The notes: generated by a model not told the origin, from the letters alone. Shown: positions 49,209 to 58,437, counted from the first letter of the stretch. The stretch: DNA of 64,000 nt from Chloroflexota bacterium (GCA_050695655.1 JBOGTU010000264.1:35-64034); one strand, 5' to 3'. A program made the numbers and translations.

Positions 49209-50876
49209 ATGGCTGCCACTGTGCTGCCCCCCGGCACCTACCCCAAGGACATTGGTGGCGAGTCGCACACCTGGCTGTTGAGCTGGGTGGCCACCGTGGA
49301 CCACAAGAAGATCGGCATCATGTACATCGTCACATCGCTGGTCTTCTTCGCGGCCGGCGGCATCGAGTCGCTGCTCATGCGCTGGCAGTTGGGTACGCCC
49401 GAGAATACCTTCCTCACGCCGGACGAGTACAACCAGATTTTCACCATGCACGGCGTGACCATGATCTTCTTCGCGGTCATGCCGTTCCTGTTCGGCCTGG
49501 CCAATTACCTGGTGCCGTTGATGATCGGCGCCCGCGACGTGGCCTATCCGCGACTTAACGCCTTAAGCTTCTGGCTGCTGGCCTTCTCCGGCATCATGCT
49601 GTACTACTCCTGGGTCGGTGGCGGCGCGCCCAATGCGGGCTGGTATGGCTATGCGCCCCTCACCGAGCATGTCTACGCCACCGGCAATGGCGACAGCTAC
49701 TATGCGCTGGCGCTCATTCTCAGCGGCATCGGCACCATTGCCACGTCCATCAACCTGATCGTCACCACCATCTACCATCGCGCGCCAGGGATGACCTTGC
49801 GGCGCATCCCCATCTTTGTGTGGATGATCATCGTCACCTCATTTCTCTCGCTGTTCGCGCTGCCTTCCCTCACCGGCGACATGGTGATGGTGCTGGCGGA
49901 CCGGCTGCTGGGCGCGCACTTCTTCGACGCCAACGCCGGCGGCAGTGATGTGATGTATCAACACATCTTCTGGATCTTCGGCCACCCCGAGGTGTACATC
50001 ATGGCCTTGCCGGCTTTTGGCGTGATGTCCGAGGTGATTCCGGTGTTCTCGCGCAAGCCCATCTTCGGCTACACGTTCGTGGTTGGGTCGGGCGTGGCCA
50101 TCGGCTTTCTCAGCTTCGGCGTGTGGGCGCACCACATGTTCACCGTGGGGATGACGCTCACGCAGGATTACTTCTTCTCCGCCACCAGCATGGCCATCGC
50201 CATTCCCACCGGGATCAAGATCTTCACCTGGGTGGCCACGGCCTGGGGTGGGCGCATCCGTTTCCGCACACCCATGCTGTTCGCCTTCGGCTTCATCGCC
50301 ATGTTCCTCATCGGAGGGTTGTCCGGCGTGACGCTGGCCATCATCCCCATCGACTGGCAGGTGAACGGCAGCTACTACCTGGTGGCGCACTTCCATTACG
50401 TGCTGTTTGGTGGAACCGCCTTCGCCGTGTTCTCCGGCGTGTTCTACTGGTTCCCTAAGATGAGCGGCCGCATGCTGTCGGAGCGGCTGGGCGTGTGGCA
50501 GTTCTGGATCATGCTCATTGGCTTCAACCTGACCTTCTTCCCCATGCACCTCATGGGCTTGGAGGGCATGCCGCGCCGCGTGTACACGTATCCCGATCAA
50601 CTGGACCTGGGCGGGCTCAACGCCATCTCCACCCTGGGCGCCTTCATTCTGGCGGTGTCCATCATCATCTTCATCGTCAATCTCTGGGTCAGCATCCGGT
50701 CCGGCGCGCCCGCGGGCGACAACCCCTGGGAGGCCTGGACGCTGGAATGGGCGACCAGCTCGCCCCCGCCGGCTTATAACTTTTTGGAGATTCCCGTGGC
50801 TACCAGCCGCCGGCCGCTCTGGGACCTGGCCCATCCGGAGGATCCGGATTGGATGCATGAAAGGGAGCGCGACTGA
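49209..50876 (+). CDS. ctaD: cytochrome c oxidase subunit I
   Basis: 555 aa; canonical heme-copper oxidase subunit I sequence (GHPEVYI..., HHMF...). Confidence 0.95.
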   Translation: MAATVLPPGTYPKDIGGESHTWLLSWVATVDHKKIGIMYIVTSLVFFAAGGIESLLMRWQLGTPENTFLTPDEYNQIFTMHGVTMIFFAVMPFLFGLANYLVPLMIGARDVAYPRLNALSFWLLAFSGIMLYYSWVGGGAPNAGWYGYAPLTEHVYATGNGDSYYALALILSGIGTIATSINLIVTTIYHRAPGMTLRRIPIFVWMIIVTSFLSLFALPSLTGDMVMVLADRLLGAHFFDANAGGSDVMYQHIFWIFGHPEVYIMALPAFGVMSEVIPVFSRKPIFGYTFVVGSGVAIGFLSFGVWAHHMFTVGMTLTQDYFFSATSMAIAIPTGIKIFTWVATAWGGRIRFRTPMLFAFGFIAMFLIGGLSGVTLAIIPIDWQVNGSYYLVAHFHYVLFGGTAFAVFSGVFYWFPKMSGRMLSERLGVWQFWIMLIGFNLTFFPMHLMGLEGMPRRVYTYPDQLDLGGLNAISTLGAFILAVSIIIFIVNLWVSIRSGAPAGDNPWEAWTLEWATSSPPPAYNFLEIPVATSRRPLWDLAHPEDPDWMHERERD

Positions 50877-51483
50877 CGTGGCGACGCTCACGGTGCCGGT
50901 GGCCGGCGCTCACGCGGAGCCGGCGCTGGGGCCGAAGCGGCTGGGCATTCTGCTGTTCATCGCCTCGGAATCCGTGGTCTTTTTCGCGCTTATCGCCATG
51001 TACGTGGTGGGCCAGGCGCACCCCAACGGGCCTGTGCCGCGGGATCAGCTGGACGTGGGGCGCATGATCCTGTACTCGGTGGCGCTCTGGGCCAGCAGCG
51101 CCACCATGGCACTGGCCTTGCCGCGCGTGCAGCGGGATGACCAGCGCGGCATGCGCTGGTGGCTGCTGGCAACGGTGGTGTTGGGCGCCATTTTCGTGAT
51201 CGGTGAGGCGCAGGAATGGTGGCTGCTGTACCAGGACCAGATTTCCGCCGCGCGCAACCTGTGGGCAACCACCTTCTTCATGCTCACCGGCATTCACGGC
51301 TTGCACGTGATTATCGGGCTCATCGCCATCGTCACCATCGCGCTGGTATCGTTCCGCGCACCCGTGAGCAAGAGCCACGAGTCGGGCCTGGAGGTGGTAA
51401 GCCTGTACTGGCACTTCGTCGACGCGATGTGGATTCTCATTTTCGGCACCATCTACGTGTGGTCGGCGGTGCTGGGAGGGTGA
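50857..51483 (+). CDS. ctaE: cytochrome c oxidase subunit III
   Basis: 208 aa, 5 TM segments, ...GIHGLHVIIG...YWHFVD...; 20-nt overlap with ctaD. Confidence 0.85.
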   Translation: MKGSATDVATLTVPVAGAHAEPALGPKRLGILLFIASESVVFFALIAMYVVGQAHPNGPVPRDQLDVGRMILYSVALWASSATMALALPRVQRDDQRGMRWWLLATVVLGAIFVIGEAQEWWLLYQDQISAARNLWATTFFMLTGIHGLHVIIGLIAIVTIALVSFRAPVSKSHESGLEVVSLYWHFVDAMWILIFGTIYVWSAVLGG

Positions 51484-51776
51484 AGGCGTTGGCGGAAGAA
51501 GACGCACACGCAAGCCGCGTGGCACGTGTGCTGGAGGAGCTGCCGGCACCAACCGCGTGGCCTATGCTGCTGGCTTTCGGCGTGGTGCTGGCCGCGTTCG
51601 GCATCATCACATCCGGCGTGTTCTTCTTCGCCGGCCTGGTGATCGCCGTGCTGAGCCTCGCGAGTTGGATGCGCCTGCTGGTGCAGGAGGGCCGCCAGGC
51701 AGCCAGGCATGAAGGCGATGGTAAGAGCCACGACTCAATGAACGGGGGTGAAGGGCCATTCCGCGCGAATTTTTGA
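51480..51776 (+). CDS. small membrane protein (possible oxidase subunit IV/assembly factor), 98 aa
   Basis: GTG start overlapping the ctaE stop (gGTGA) with a GGGAGGG SD. One or two TM helices (PMLLAFGVVLAAFGIITSGVFFFAGLVIAVLSL). The upstream part of ORF 51216..51776 is antisense-frame overlap with ctaE. Confidence 0.45.
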   Translation: MKALAEEDAHASRVARVLEELPAPTAWPMLLAFGVVLAAFGIITSGVFFFAGLVIAVLSLASWMRLLVQEGRQAARHEGDGKSHDSMNGGEGPFRANF

Positions 51777-52279
51777 GGCCACGGCTTCACGAGGGCCACG
51801 GCGACCTGTCGCGGCGTGCGTTTCTCACGAAGGTCACCGTCGGCTTCAGCGGCGTCATTGGCTTACTCGCTGGCGTGCCGGTGCTGGGTTATCTGCTGGG
51901 GCCCATCACCCGGCCGGTGCCGCAAAAGTGGATCAGCCTGGGGCCGACCAACAGCTTCCCCATCGGTGAAACCAAGCTGGTGAAGTTCACCGACGATACC
52001 AGCTTACCCTGGTCGGGCCTTACCGAGCTCACGGCGCTGTGGGCGCGGCAGCAATCGGCTGGCGTGTTCGACGTGTGGGCGGTGAACTGCACCCATTTAG
52101 GCTGCCCGGTGAACTGGTTGCCGGAGGCGCAGCTGTTCGAGTGCCCCTGCCACGGCGGCATCTTCTACTCCAATGGCACCGTGGCCGCCGGCCCTCCGCC
52201 GCGGCCGCTGTACAAACATCCCGTGCGGGTGCAGAACGGCATGCTGCAAGCCCTCACCTTTCCCCTGCCGACGGACTGA
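51773..52279 (+). CDS. Rieske [2Fe-2S] subunit of cytochrome bc-type complex
   Basis: Tat signal SRRAFLTKV, then CTHLGC...CPCHGG Rieske boxes. TTG start in a TTGA overlap with the upstream stop. Confidence 0.85.
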   Translation: MRPRLHEGHGDLSRRAFLTKVTVGFSGVIGLLAGVPVLGYLLGPITRPVPQKWISLGPTNSFPIGETKLVKFTDDTSLPWSGLTELTALWARQQSAGVFDVWAVNCTHLGCPVNWLPEAQLFECPCHGGIFYSNGTVAAGPPPRPLYKHPVRVQNGMLQALTFPLPTD

Positions 52280-52286
52280 TCGCGCC

Positions 52287-53753
52287 ATGGCAGCGGTATC
52301 GATTGAGGACGAGGTCGAGAAGCTCGATAAGAACCCGGTCATCAACTGGATTCAGGAGCGGACGCACATCTTAGATGGGCTGCTGCCTATCATCCAGCAC
52401 CCCGTGCCCAAATCGATCAACTGGTGGTACGTGCTGGGCAGCGCTACGCTGCTGAGCTTCGTGAACCAGGTGGTGACCGGAGTGGCCCTGGCCATGACCT
52501 ACGTGCCGGCCCCCAACCAGGCCTACCAGTCGCTCAACTTCATCAGCACCAACGCGGTGTGGGGCAGCGTGCTGCGAGGCATGCACTTCTTTGGCGCCAG
52601 CGCCATGGTGGTGCTTATCAGCGCGCACGTGATCCGCGTGTTCCTCATGGGCTCGTACAAGTTCCCGCGGGAGCTGAACTGGATTACCGGCGTGTTCCTG
52701 CTGGGGCTCACGGCGGCCATGGCCTTCAGCGGCCAGCTGCTGCGCTGGGATCAGGATGCGTACTGGGCCGTGGTGGTGGCGGCCGAGCAGGCCGGCAAAA
52801 CGCCCATCCTCGGGCCCATCCTCGCGCAGGTTGTGGTGGCGGGGCAAACGGTTGGCGGCGCCACGCTCACCCGCTTCTTCGCCACGCACGTGTTCCTGCT
52901 GCCGGCGCTGATGTTCATGTTCATAGGCGTGCACCTCTACCTGGTGGTGTTCGACGGCATCTCCGAGCTGCCTAAGGCCGGCGAAGTGGTGGACCCGAAG
53001 ACGTACAAGGAGAAGTACCACCACCTGCTGGAAACCGAAGGCGAGCCCTTTTTCCCGGACGCTGCCTGGAAGGATGCCGCGTTCGCCTGCCTGGTGATGG
53101 CTGTCATTCTGGCGCTGGCCATCTTCGTTGGGGCGCCGCACCTGGGCCAGCCGGCCGACCCTACCGTCATTCAGGCGTCGCCCCGACCGGATTGGTACTT
53201 CCTGTGGTACTTCGCGGTGCTGGCGCTGATTCCGCCAGCCATGGAGAACTGGGTCATCCTGGGGGTGCCGGCGCTTATCGGCGCCCTGCTCTTCGCCGTG
53301 CCCTTCGTATCCCGCGGAGGCGAGCGATCGCCGCTGCGGCGGCCCTGGTCGGTGGCGGCGGTGGTCTTCATGCTGGTGGCGCTCACGGCGCTTACCATCG
53401 AGGGCAACAGCGCCAACTGGTCGCCCCAGATCGATGCTGCCGAAGTGTCACCCATCCCCGCGAGCATCACACAGCACCTCTCCGGCGAGGCGCTCGCCGG
53501 GGCGCAACTCTTCCAGCAGAAGGGCTGCCACACCTGCCACACCTTGGCGGGAACCGGCGGCAACAAGGGCCCCAATCTCACCTACGTGGCGGACCGGCTG
53601 AACCAGGCGCAGCTCATCACTCGCGTGCTCAACGGCGGCCACAACATGCCGGCTTTTGGTGGCACACTCAGCGATGCGGAGGTACACCAGCTGGTGAGCT
53701 TCCTTCAAACACTCAAGTCGCCTGACCAGCTGCCGGCGACCGCGGGGCCGTAA
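52287..53753 (+). CDS. cytochrome b (bc-complex) fused to a C-terminal mono-heme cytochrome c domain
   Basis: Cytochrome b motifs (heme-ligating His pairs in TM helices, PDWYFLWYFA) and a C-terminal CHTCH heme-c site. Confidence 0.9.
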   Translation: MAAVSIEDEVEKLDKNPVINWIQERTHILDGLLPIIQHPVPKSINWWYVLGSATLLSFVNQVVTGVALAMTYVPAPNQAYQSLNFISTNAVWGSVLRGMHFFGASAMVVLISAHVIRVFLMGSYKFPRELNWITGVFLLGLTAAMAFSGQLLRWDQDAYWAVVVAAEQAGKTPILGPILAQVVVAGQTVGGATLTRFFATHVFLLPALMFMFIGVHLYLVVFDGISELPKAGEVVDPKTYKEKYHHLLETEGEPFFPDAAWKDAAFACLVMAVILALAIFVGAPHLGQPADPTVIQASPRPDWYFLWYFAVLALIPPAMENWVILGVPALIGALLFAVPFVSRGGERSPLRRPWSVAAVVFMLVALTALTIEGNSANWSPQIDAAEVSPIPASITQHLSGEALAGAQLFQQKGCHTCHTLAGTGGNKGPNLTYVADRLNQAQLITRVLNGGHNMPAFGGTLSDAEVHQLVSFLQTLKSPDQLPATAGP

Positions 53754-53774
53754 AGCGCCTGGCGCCAGGGCCAC

Positions 53775-54920
53775 TTACTCGCGGCTGGCGCCGGTGGTGT
53801 TCACCATGGCCGCCCAGCGCTCTTCGACGTGTCGCGTCTTGAACACGCTGAAGGCGATGAGCCAGGCGACGAGGAAAGCCGCCACTATGATAAAGCCGAG
53901 CGTACTCAGGTCGAAGTTGCTTGCCCAATCCCAGAAGGCGCTGTGGAGGTTGGCGATCCGTGCCACCATCTGCAGCAGCTCGACCAACCCCACGAAGAGG
54001 GCGATGAATACGGATAGCCCAGTCATGGTGAGGTTGTAGAAGAGCTTGCGGGTGGGCTGGGCGAACGCCCACAGGTAAGCCTTGGACATGAAGGCGCCAT
54101 CGGTCGTGTCCATGAGCGTCATGCCGGCGGCAAAAATGAGCGGCAGCGACACAATTGGCAGGAAGGGCAGCCCCTGCGACGCCGCCCCGGCAGAGATGGC
54201 CAGCAGCGCCACCTCCGATGCCGTATCGAACCCGAGCCCGAAGAGGAAGCCTAGCGGATACAGGTGCCAGCTTTCCGTGATGAACCTGAACAGGCCACTG
54301 AACACTCGCGTGAGCACGCCCCCCGACACCAGCCGCTGCTCCAGGGCGGCGCCGTCATACTCCCCGCGGCGCAGATGCCTGTACGTGGACACGATATCGA
54401 GCAGGATCACCAGGTTCAGCAGGCCGATAATCACCAGGAACGCGCCTGAGACGCTCGTTCCAACCAGGCCGCCCAGGCTCTTCAACTGTCCGTGCTCGCT
54501 GATCACGCTGTTCACCACCGCTTTGGCGACCAAGCCCAGGGCAATGGCGATGAGGAATACCACCGTGGAGTGCCCCAGCGAGAAGAAGAAGCCGGCCGCT
54601 ACCGGCTTCTGGCCGTCCCGCAGCAGTTTGCGGGTGGTGTTGTCGATCGCGGCGATGTGGTCCGCATCGAAGGCGTGCCGCAGCCCAAAGCTGTAGGCCA
54701 GCGCCCCCAGGCCCAGCAGCGCTGGGAAACGCGGCGACTGCCACACGAGAAGCCCCAAGCCGGCGAGGTGGAGCAGCAGCACAATGCCGTAACTGCCTGC
54801 CAGGCGCAGCCGCTCCCCGCGGTCGAAGCCGCGGCCCAAAGCATGGGCGATCAAAGCCACGCAGCCTCCCCAGAGCAGCAGTACAGCTTCGAGTCTAAAC
54901 CAGATGCGATTGATTCGCAA
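53775..54920 (-). CDS. NiCoT family nickel/cobalt transporter (HoxN/HupN/NixA)
   Basis: HAFDADHIAAID is the NiCoT signature (HX4DH); 8 TM segments. Confidence 0.85.
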   Translation of the reverse strand: MRINRIWFRLEAVLLLWGGCVALIAHALGRGFDRGERLRLAGSYGIVLLLHLAGLGLLVWQSPRFPALLGLGALAYSFGLRHAFDADHIAAIDNTTRKLLRDGQKPVAAGFFFSLGHSTVVFLIAIALGLVAKAVVNSVISEHGQLKSLGGLVGTSVSGAFLVIIGLLNLVILLDIVSTYRHLRRGEYDGAALEQRLVSGGVLTRVFSGLFRFITESWHLYPLGFLFGLGFDTASEVALLAISAGAASQGLPFLPIVSLPLIFAAGMTLMDTTDGAFMSKAYLWAFAQPTRKLFYNLTMTGLSVFIALFVGLVELLQMVARIANLHSAFWDWASNFDLSTLGFIIVAAFLVAWLIAFSVFKTRHVEERWAAMVNTTGASRE

Positions 54921-55112
54921 TTAGGAGTGGTGTCGAAGGCCGGCTACGGGATTGTGGCACAGGCTTGAGGAAGGCGTTGAAGGAGTCTGCAGCCTCCCAT
55001 TTGGCGGTGAGAGGCGCAAGGATGCCCCCAACGTGCGAACGAGCCGGCGGGTCATTGGTGTTGACTGAGGTAATGATGACAATCACCGTGCTGCATGAAT
55101 TGAGGTAATGCG

Positions 55113-55373
55113 ATGCGTGAGCTGGTCACCTCACTGACACAGCGGGGTCAAGTGACGACCCCGGCCGAGATCCGCGCCCGGCTGGGTCTTAAACCTCGGG
55201 ACAAGGTCATCTTTGAACTTGACGCGGAGGCGGTGAGGTTGCGCCCGACCGCCTCAAACGTGCGTCGACACTTCGGCGTCGTCCCACCATTGGACCGCCC
55301 GGAGGATTTTCAGGAGCTGCGCGTTGCCTTTGAGGAAGGAGTCGCGCGGGAGGTTGCTTCCCAGGGCAAGTAG
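55113..55373 (+). CDS. type II antitoxin, AbrB/MazE/SpoVT family (VapB-like)
   Basis: MRELVTSLTQRGQVTTPAEIRARLGLKPRDKVIFELDAEAVRLRP is a swapped-hairpin AbrB-type signature. Confidence 0.8.
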   Translation: MRELVTSLTQRGQVTTPAEIRARLGLKPRDKVIFELDAEAVRLRPTASNVRRHFGVVPPLDRPEDFQELRVAFEEGVAREVASQGK

Positions 55374-55781
55374 TTGATGCCGGCTCGCTTCCTGGACACC
55401 AACATCTTCATTCGTTACTTCACGAGGGACGATGAGGCGAAGGCAGCCCGGGCGCTGGCGCTGTTGGAGCGTGTTGAGCGGGGCGAGAAGGTGGTTACCT
55501 CAGTGATGGTGGCTTTCAAGGTGGTCTTCACCCTGGAGCGCAGCTATCAGCTCTCGAAGCCGCGCGTCCACGAATTGCTCGCAGATCTTCTGTCGCTGCA
55601 ATCTCCAGCTTCCTGGTAAGCGCCTGCTCATCGAAGCCCTTCGGCTGCACGTCGCTGCCAACATCTCCTTGGCCGATGCCTACAGCGTGGCCACCATGCA
55701 AGAGCGGAGCATCTCGGAAATCTACAGCTGGGATACCGATTTCGACAGCTTGCCGATGTCACTCGGACGGAACCAAGCTAA
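55374..55781 (+). pseudogene. VapC (PIN) toxin interrupted by stop plus frameshift
   Basis: N-terminal half (MMPARFLDTNIFIRYFTRDDEAKAARALALLERVERGEKVVTSVMVAFKVVFTLERSY...) ends at TAA 55617-19. The +1 frame then continues with the PIN C-terminal half (RLLIEALRLHVAANISLADAYSVATMQERSISEIYSWDTDFDSLP) up to the stop at 55779-81. Confidence 0.6.
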
Positions 55782-55879
55782 CGGAGGAACTGCCCAGCGG
55801 CACCCCTCCACCGCGGAGGCGCTTGTCTGAAGACAGCCTTCCGCGCGGTGCATCGCGGCGGGGCCGCTGCTCTTCGCCC

Positions 55880-56158
55880 TCAGGCGATGATGTCCACGAT
55901 GCGACCCAGGCGGGGGCGCAGCACGGCGTGGTACGTCTGGAAGAGCAGGCGCGCGATCCAGCTCATCGGGCCGGAGCCCGGTGGGAAACGAACCAGCAAC
56001 TCGGCCTGGTACTCGTCCTCGAGCGTCTCGTCGGCTCCATCGGCGGCGTCCTCGGAGCCCTGGCCATACGAGGTTTTGCGCCGGCCGGCGAGCTTCTTGT
56101 CGTTCGGCGGTGGCAGCAGATACGGGCCGCCGGATTGGACCGGGCCGACGCTTGCCAT
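55880..56158 (-). CDS. hypothetical protein
   Basis: C-terminal 92 aa of ORF 55880..56275 from internal M (MASVGPVQSGG...); weak, no family recognised. Confidence 0.2.
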   Translation of the reverse strand: MASVGPVQSGGPYLLPPPNDKKLAGRRKTSYGQGSEDAADGADETLEDEYQAELLVRFPPGSGPMSWIARLLFQTYHAVLRPRLGRIVDIIA

Positions 56159-56517
56159 GTCCGCGCGAGTATAGCACCGCGCCCTTGCGCGCGGGCGCAG
56201 CCGTAACTTTCGCCGGGCCATGCCCGTTCTGCTTACGGAGGAGAGAGGAGCAAATCTTGGCCCATGTACACCCACCGCTGGCTGGCGATGCGCTGCCGCG
56301 CCACGCCTTGATGGACAGCGACGTCGTGGACTGGTTGATGGCCGATCCGGGTGCCGCGGCCACGTTCTTTCGAGAGCACCGGGTGCAACTGCTGGAGGGT
56401 GGCTTTCAAAGCGCCCCTACGCTGCTCATCCTCACCCGAGACTCCATGCCCGGCCTGGGCGTGTACCCCTAACACCGCGGCCGGCCCGCAGGGCGGGGGA
56501 CCGTTCAGGGACCCGGC

Positions 56518-56916
56518 TTAGGCGATTAAGGCACTGCCCGGTAGGCGCGCGAGCCCGCGCGATACCAGGTCGCGCCGATCACAGCTCACCAGCTCCGCGT
56601 TCGCTGTGCGAGCTGCCGCGACGTACACGGAGATGCCGTGCGTACCAGCGACCGCCGCTGCACCCGCGAGAGGATCCACGCTGGCACGAAGGAGTCCACC
56701 GTCCTCGCCGATCGCCGCCACCCGCTCCCGCAAGCGCCGCGCGGCTGGCTCATCATTCCACGCGCGCAGCGCCACGTTGGTCACTTCGTAGAAGGCGAGA
56801 TCCAACGTGGCCAGTGGCTCACTCGACAGGAGCAGGCGATTGGCGTCCGCGCAGTTCTCGTCATCTGGGTCCTCGCTCGCCAGCAAGACGCTGGCATCGA
56901 GGAACCAGATTGTCAA
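56518..56916 (-). CDS. type II toxin VapC (PIN domain)
   Basis: TTG start in a TTGA overlap with the antitoxin stop. (M)TIWFLDASVLLASEDPDDENCADANRLL...FYEVTNVALRAW...ELVSCDRRDL. The upstream part of ORF 56518..57219 is R/G-rich and non-coding. Confidence 0.75.
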   Translation of the reverse strand: MTIWFLDASVLLASEDPDDENCADANRLLLSSEPLATLDLAFYEVTNVALRAWNDEPAARRLRERVAAIGEDGGLLRASVDPLAGAAAVAGTHGISVYVAAARTANAELVSCDRRDLVSRGLARLPGSALIA

Positions 56917-57149
56917 TGGTCGGTCCGAGCCGACTTGACGACTTCCGCAACCTTTCCGCCGTCGCCCTCGGCGGGGCCCCGTTGGTCGCTGATCTCCGCC
57001 ATTCGCTCGGCCCGGCGGGCGCTGCCCCGGCGCAGCATCTCCTCCGCCAATTGAATCAAGAGCCCATTTCGCGTGATCCCTCTGCGCCGTGATTCGATGT
57101 CGACGGCTCTGAGCACGTTCTCCGGCAGTGAGACCATCACTTTGGCCAC
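56913..57149 (-). CDS. type II antitoxin, ribbon-helix-helix (CopG/RHH) family
   Basis: MAKVMVSLPENVLRAVDIESRRRGITRNGLLIQLAEEML is an RHH signature. Confidence 0.75.
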   Translation of the reverse strand: MAKVMVSLPENVLRAVDIESRRRGITRNGLLIQLAEEMLRRGSARRAERMAEISDQRGPAEGDGGKVAEVVKSARTDH

Positions 57150-57406
57150 GGCGGCAGTATATCTGGTAGTGCTCGGCCATGCAGGTCAACAGTGCGCTGC
57201 CCGCCCTCCAGCTGGGCAAAGAAAAGCGGGCAGCTGCTGGAGCGGCGGTTTTCGGACTGCCCCGCGTAACGCTCGCCCGCCTCTACGGCCGTGGGAGCGC
57301 AGGCTGAAGCTGGAGGCGAATCAGCGCGCGGAGAGCGCACTGAAAGCGGTCAATCCAGCGTCGCGGGCGTGGTTCGGCAGGCAGTAAGCGGCGCTCTTGA
57401 GCTGCT

Positions 57407-58126
57407 TCAACCAGGCCTGGCGGCGCTCCCTTTGAGGTACACCAGCACGGCTTGCACGCGGGGGTGAATGGCGCCGGGGCCGCCGGTTTGAATGCCCAGT
57501 TCGCGGTACAGCTGGTTGATGTGGTGCTCCACGGACTTGGGTGCGATCACCAGCTTCTCGGCGATAGCGGCGTTGCTGTAGCCCTGCACAATCAGCTCCA
57601 GCACCTGCCGCTGGCGGGGGCTGAGCCGATCGATGGGCCCATCGGGCCGCGGCGTGCGCGCCTCCACCAGCTGGTCATCTACGACCACCAACTGGTGCAC
57701 AGCGCCCTCCAGCGCCCGCGCCAGTGCATCCGTATCGCGCACGCTGCGCTTGTGCAAATAGGCCCAACCGGCGGCCGACCCCTCCGGCAGCAGCGAGAGA
57801 ATGTGCGGCAGAATCTGATTCGTGAGCAGCACCACGGCAATGCGGGGCAGCTTCCGGCGCAGCGCGAGACCCATGCTCACACCGTCCATCCCGCGGCCCA
57901 GGTCAACATCCACGAGCACGCCGTCCGGCGCCAGCTTCACCATCGCGGCGAGGGCTGATTCGGCATCGGTGAACGTCCCCACCACCTCCACCGCCGGGTG
58001 GCGCGCGAGGGCGATCTTCAGCATGTCGCGGTACAGGTCATCGTCCTCGACGATGGCCAGCCGCAGTTTATGGCGCCCGAGGCTGCGCTCCGCCGCGCCG
58101 GGCGCAGCCGAATTCAGTGGCGCCAC
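57407..58126 (-). CDS. response regulator, NarL/LuxR family (REC plus LuxR HTH)
   Basis: REC domain (LRLAIVEDDDLYRDMLK...D...) and a C-terminal LuxR HTH (LSPRQRQVLELIVQGYSNAAIAEKLVIAPKSVEHHINQLYRELG). Exact start uncertain. Confidence 0.8.
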   Translation of the reverse strand: MAPLNSAAPGAAERSLGRHKLRLAIVEDDDLYRDMLKIALARHPAVEVVGTFTDAESALAAMVKLAPDGVLVDVDLGRGMDGVSMGLALRRKLPRIAVVLLTNQILPHILSLLPEGSAAGWAYLHKRSVRDTDALARALEGAVHQLVVVDDQLVEARTPRPDGPIDRLSPRQRQVLELIVQGYSNAAIAEKLVIAPKSVEHHINQLYRELGIQTGGPGAIHPRVQAVLVYLKGSAARPG

Positions 58127-58388
58127 ACCTCGAGCTCAGACCATGTTGACGTAACCGTTGCCCGCCTGCCCTTCTGACCCATAAGCGTAGGGGATAACCC
58201 TCAGTTCCTGGTTAAGCCTACCAACCGAGGGGATGCCAACGTGGGGAATCCCCAATTGAGCCTACCCCGGTTGTGCTCTAGAGTGAGTTTGTCGCTTGGA
58301 GCCGGTCGCGGCGGTCTTGGGGGAGAGAGTGCGCACAGGCTATGTCGCGGCGAAGCCGAGGCGGCCGGCCCCGGGGGACGGCAGAGGC

Positions 58389-58437
58389 GGTCCCGGAAGT
58401 GGACGGGGGGAGAGACCGAGGTGTCCACTTCCGGGAC
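58389..58437. promoter_or_regulatory. perfect 15-bp inverted repeat (GTCCCGGAAGTGGAC / GTCCACTTCCGGGAC) with 18-nt spacer in the divergent RR-HK intergenic region
   Basis: Read directly from the sequence (58389-58404 and 58423-58437). Lies between the LuxR-type RR gene and the histidine kinase gene. Confidence 0.4.

Noticed and set aside
49839-51552. Long minus-strand ORFs (350 aa, 250 aa) antisense to ctaD/ctaE
   Set aside because: His/Gly/Ala/Pro/Arg-rich; antisense to near-universally conserved oxidase subunits.
54921-55110. Possible cobalamin or NikR-type riboswitch/operator upstream of the NiCoT transporter gene
   Set aside because: Looked for the B12-box and conserved cobalamin-riboswitch cores on the minus strand; only weak partial resemblance (aatgggagg, gtgccaca), not enough to call.
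56220-57092. 290-aa plus-strand ORF over the RHH-VapC locus
   Set aside because: R/P/A-rich; the opposite strand encodes RHH and PIN proteins with clear signatures and a coupled TTGA junction.
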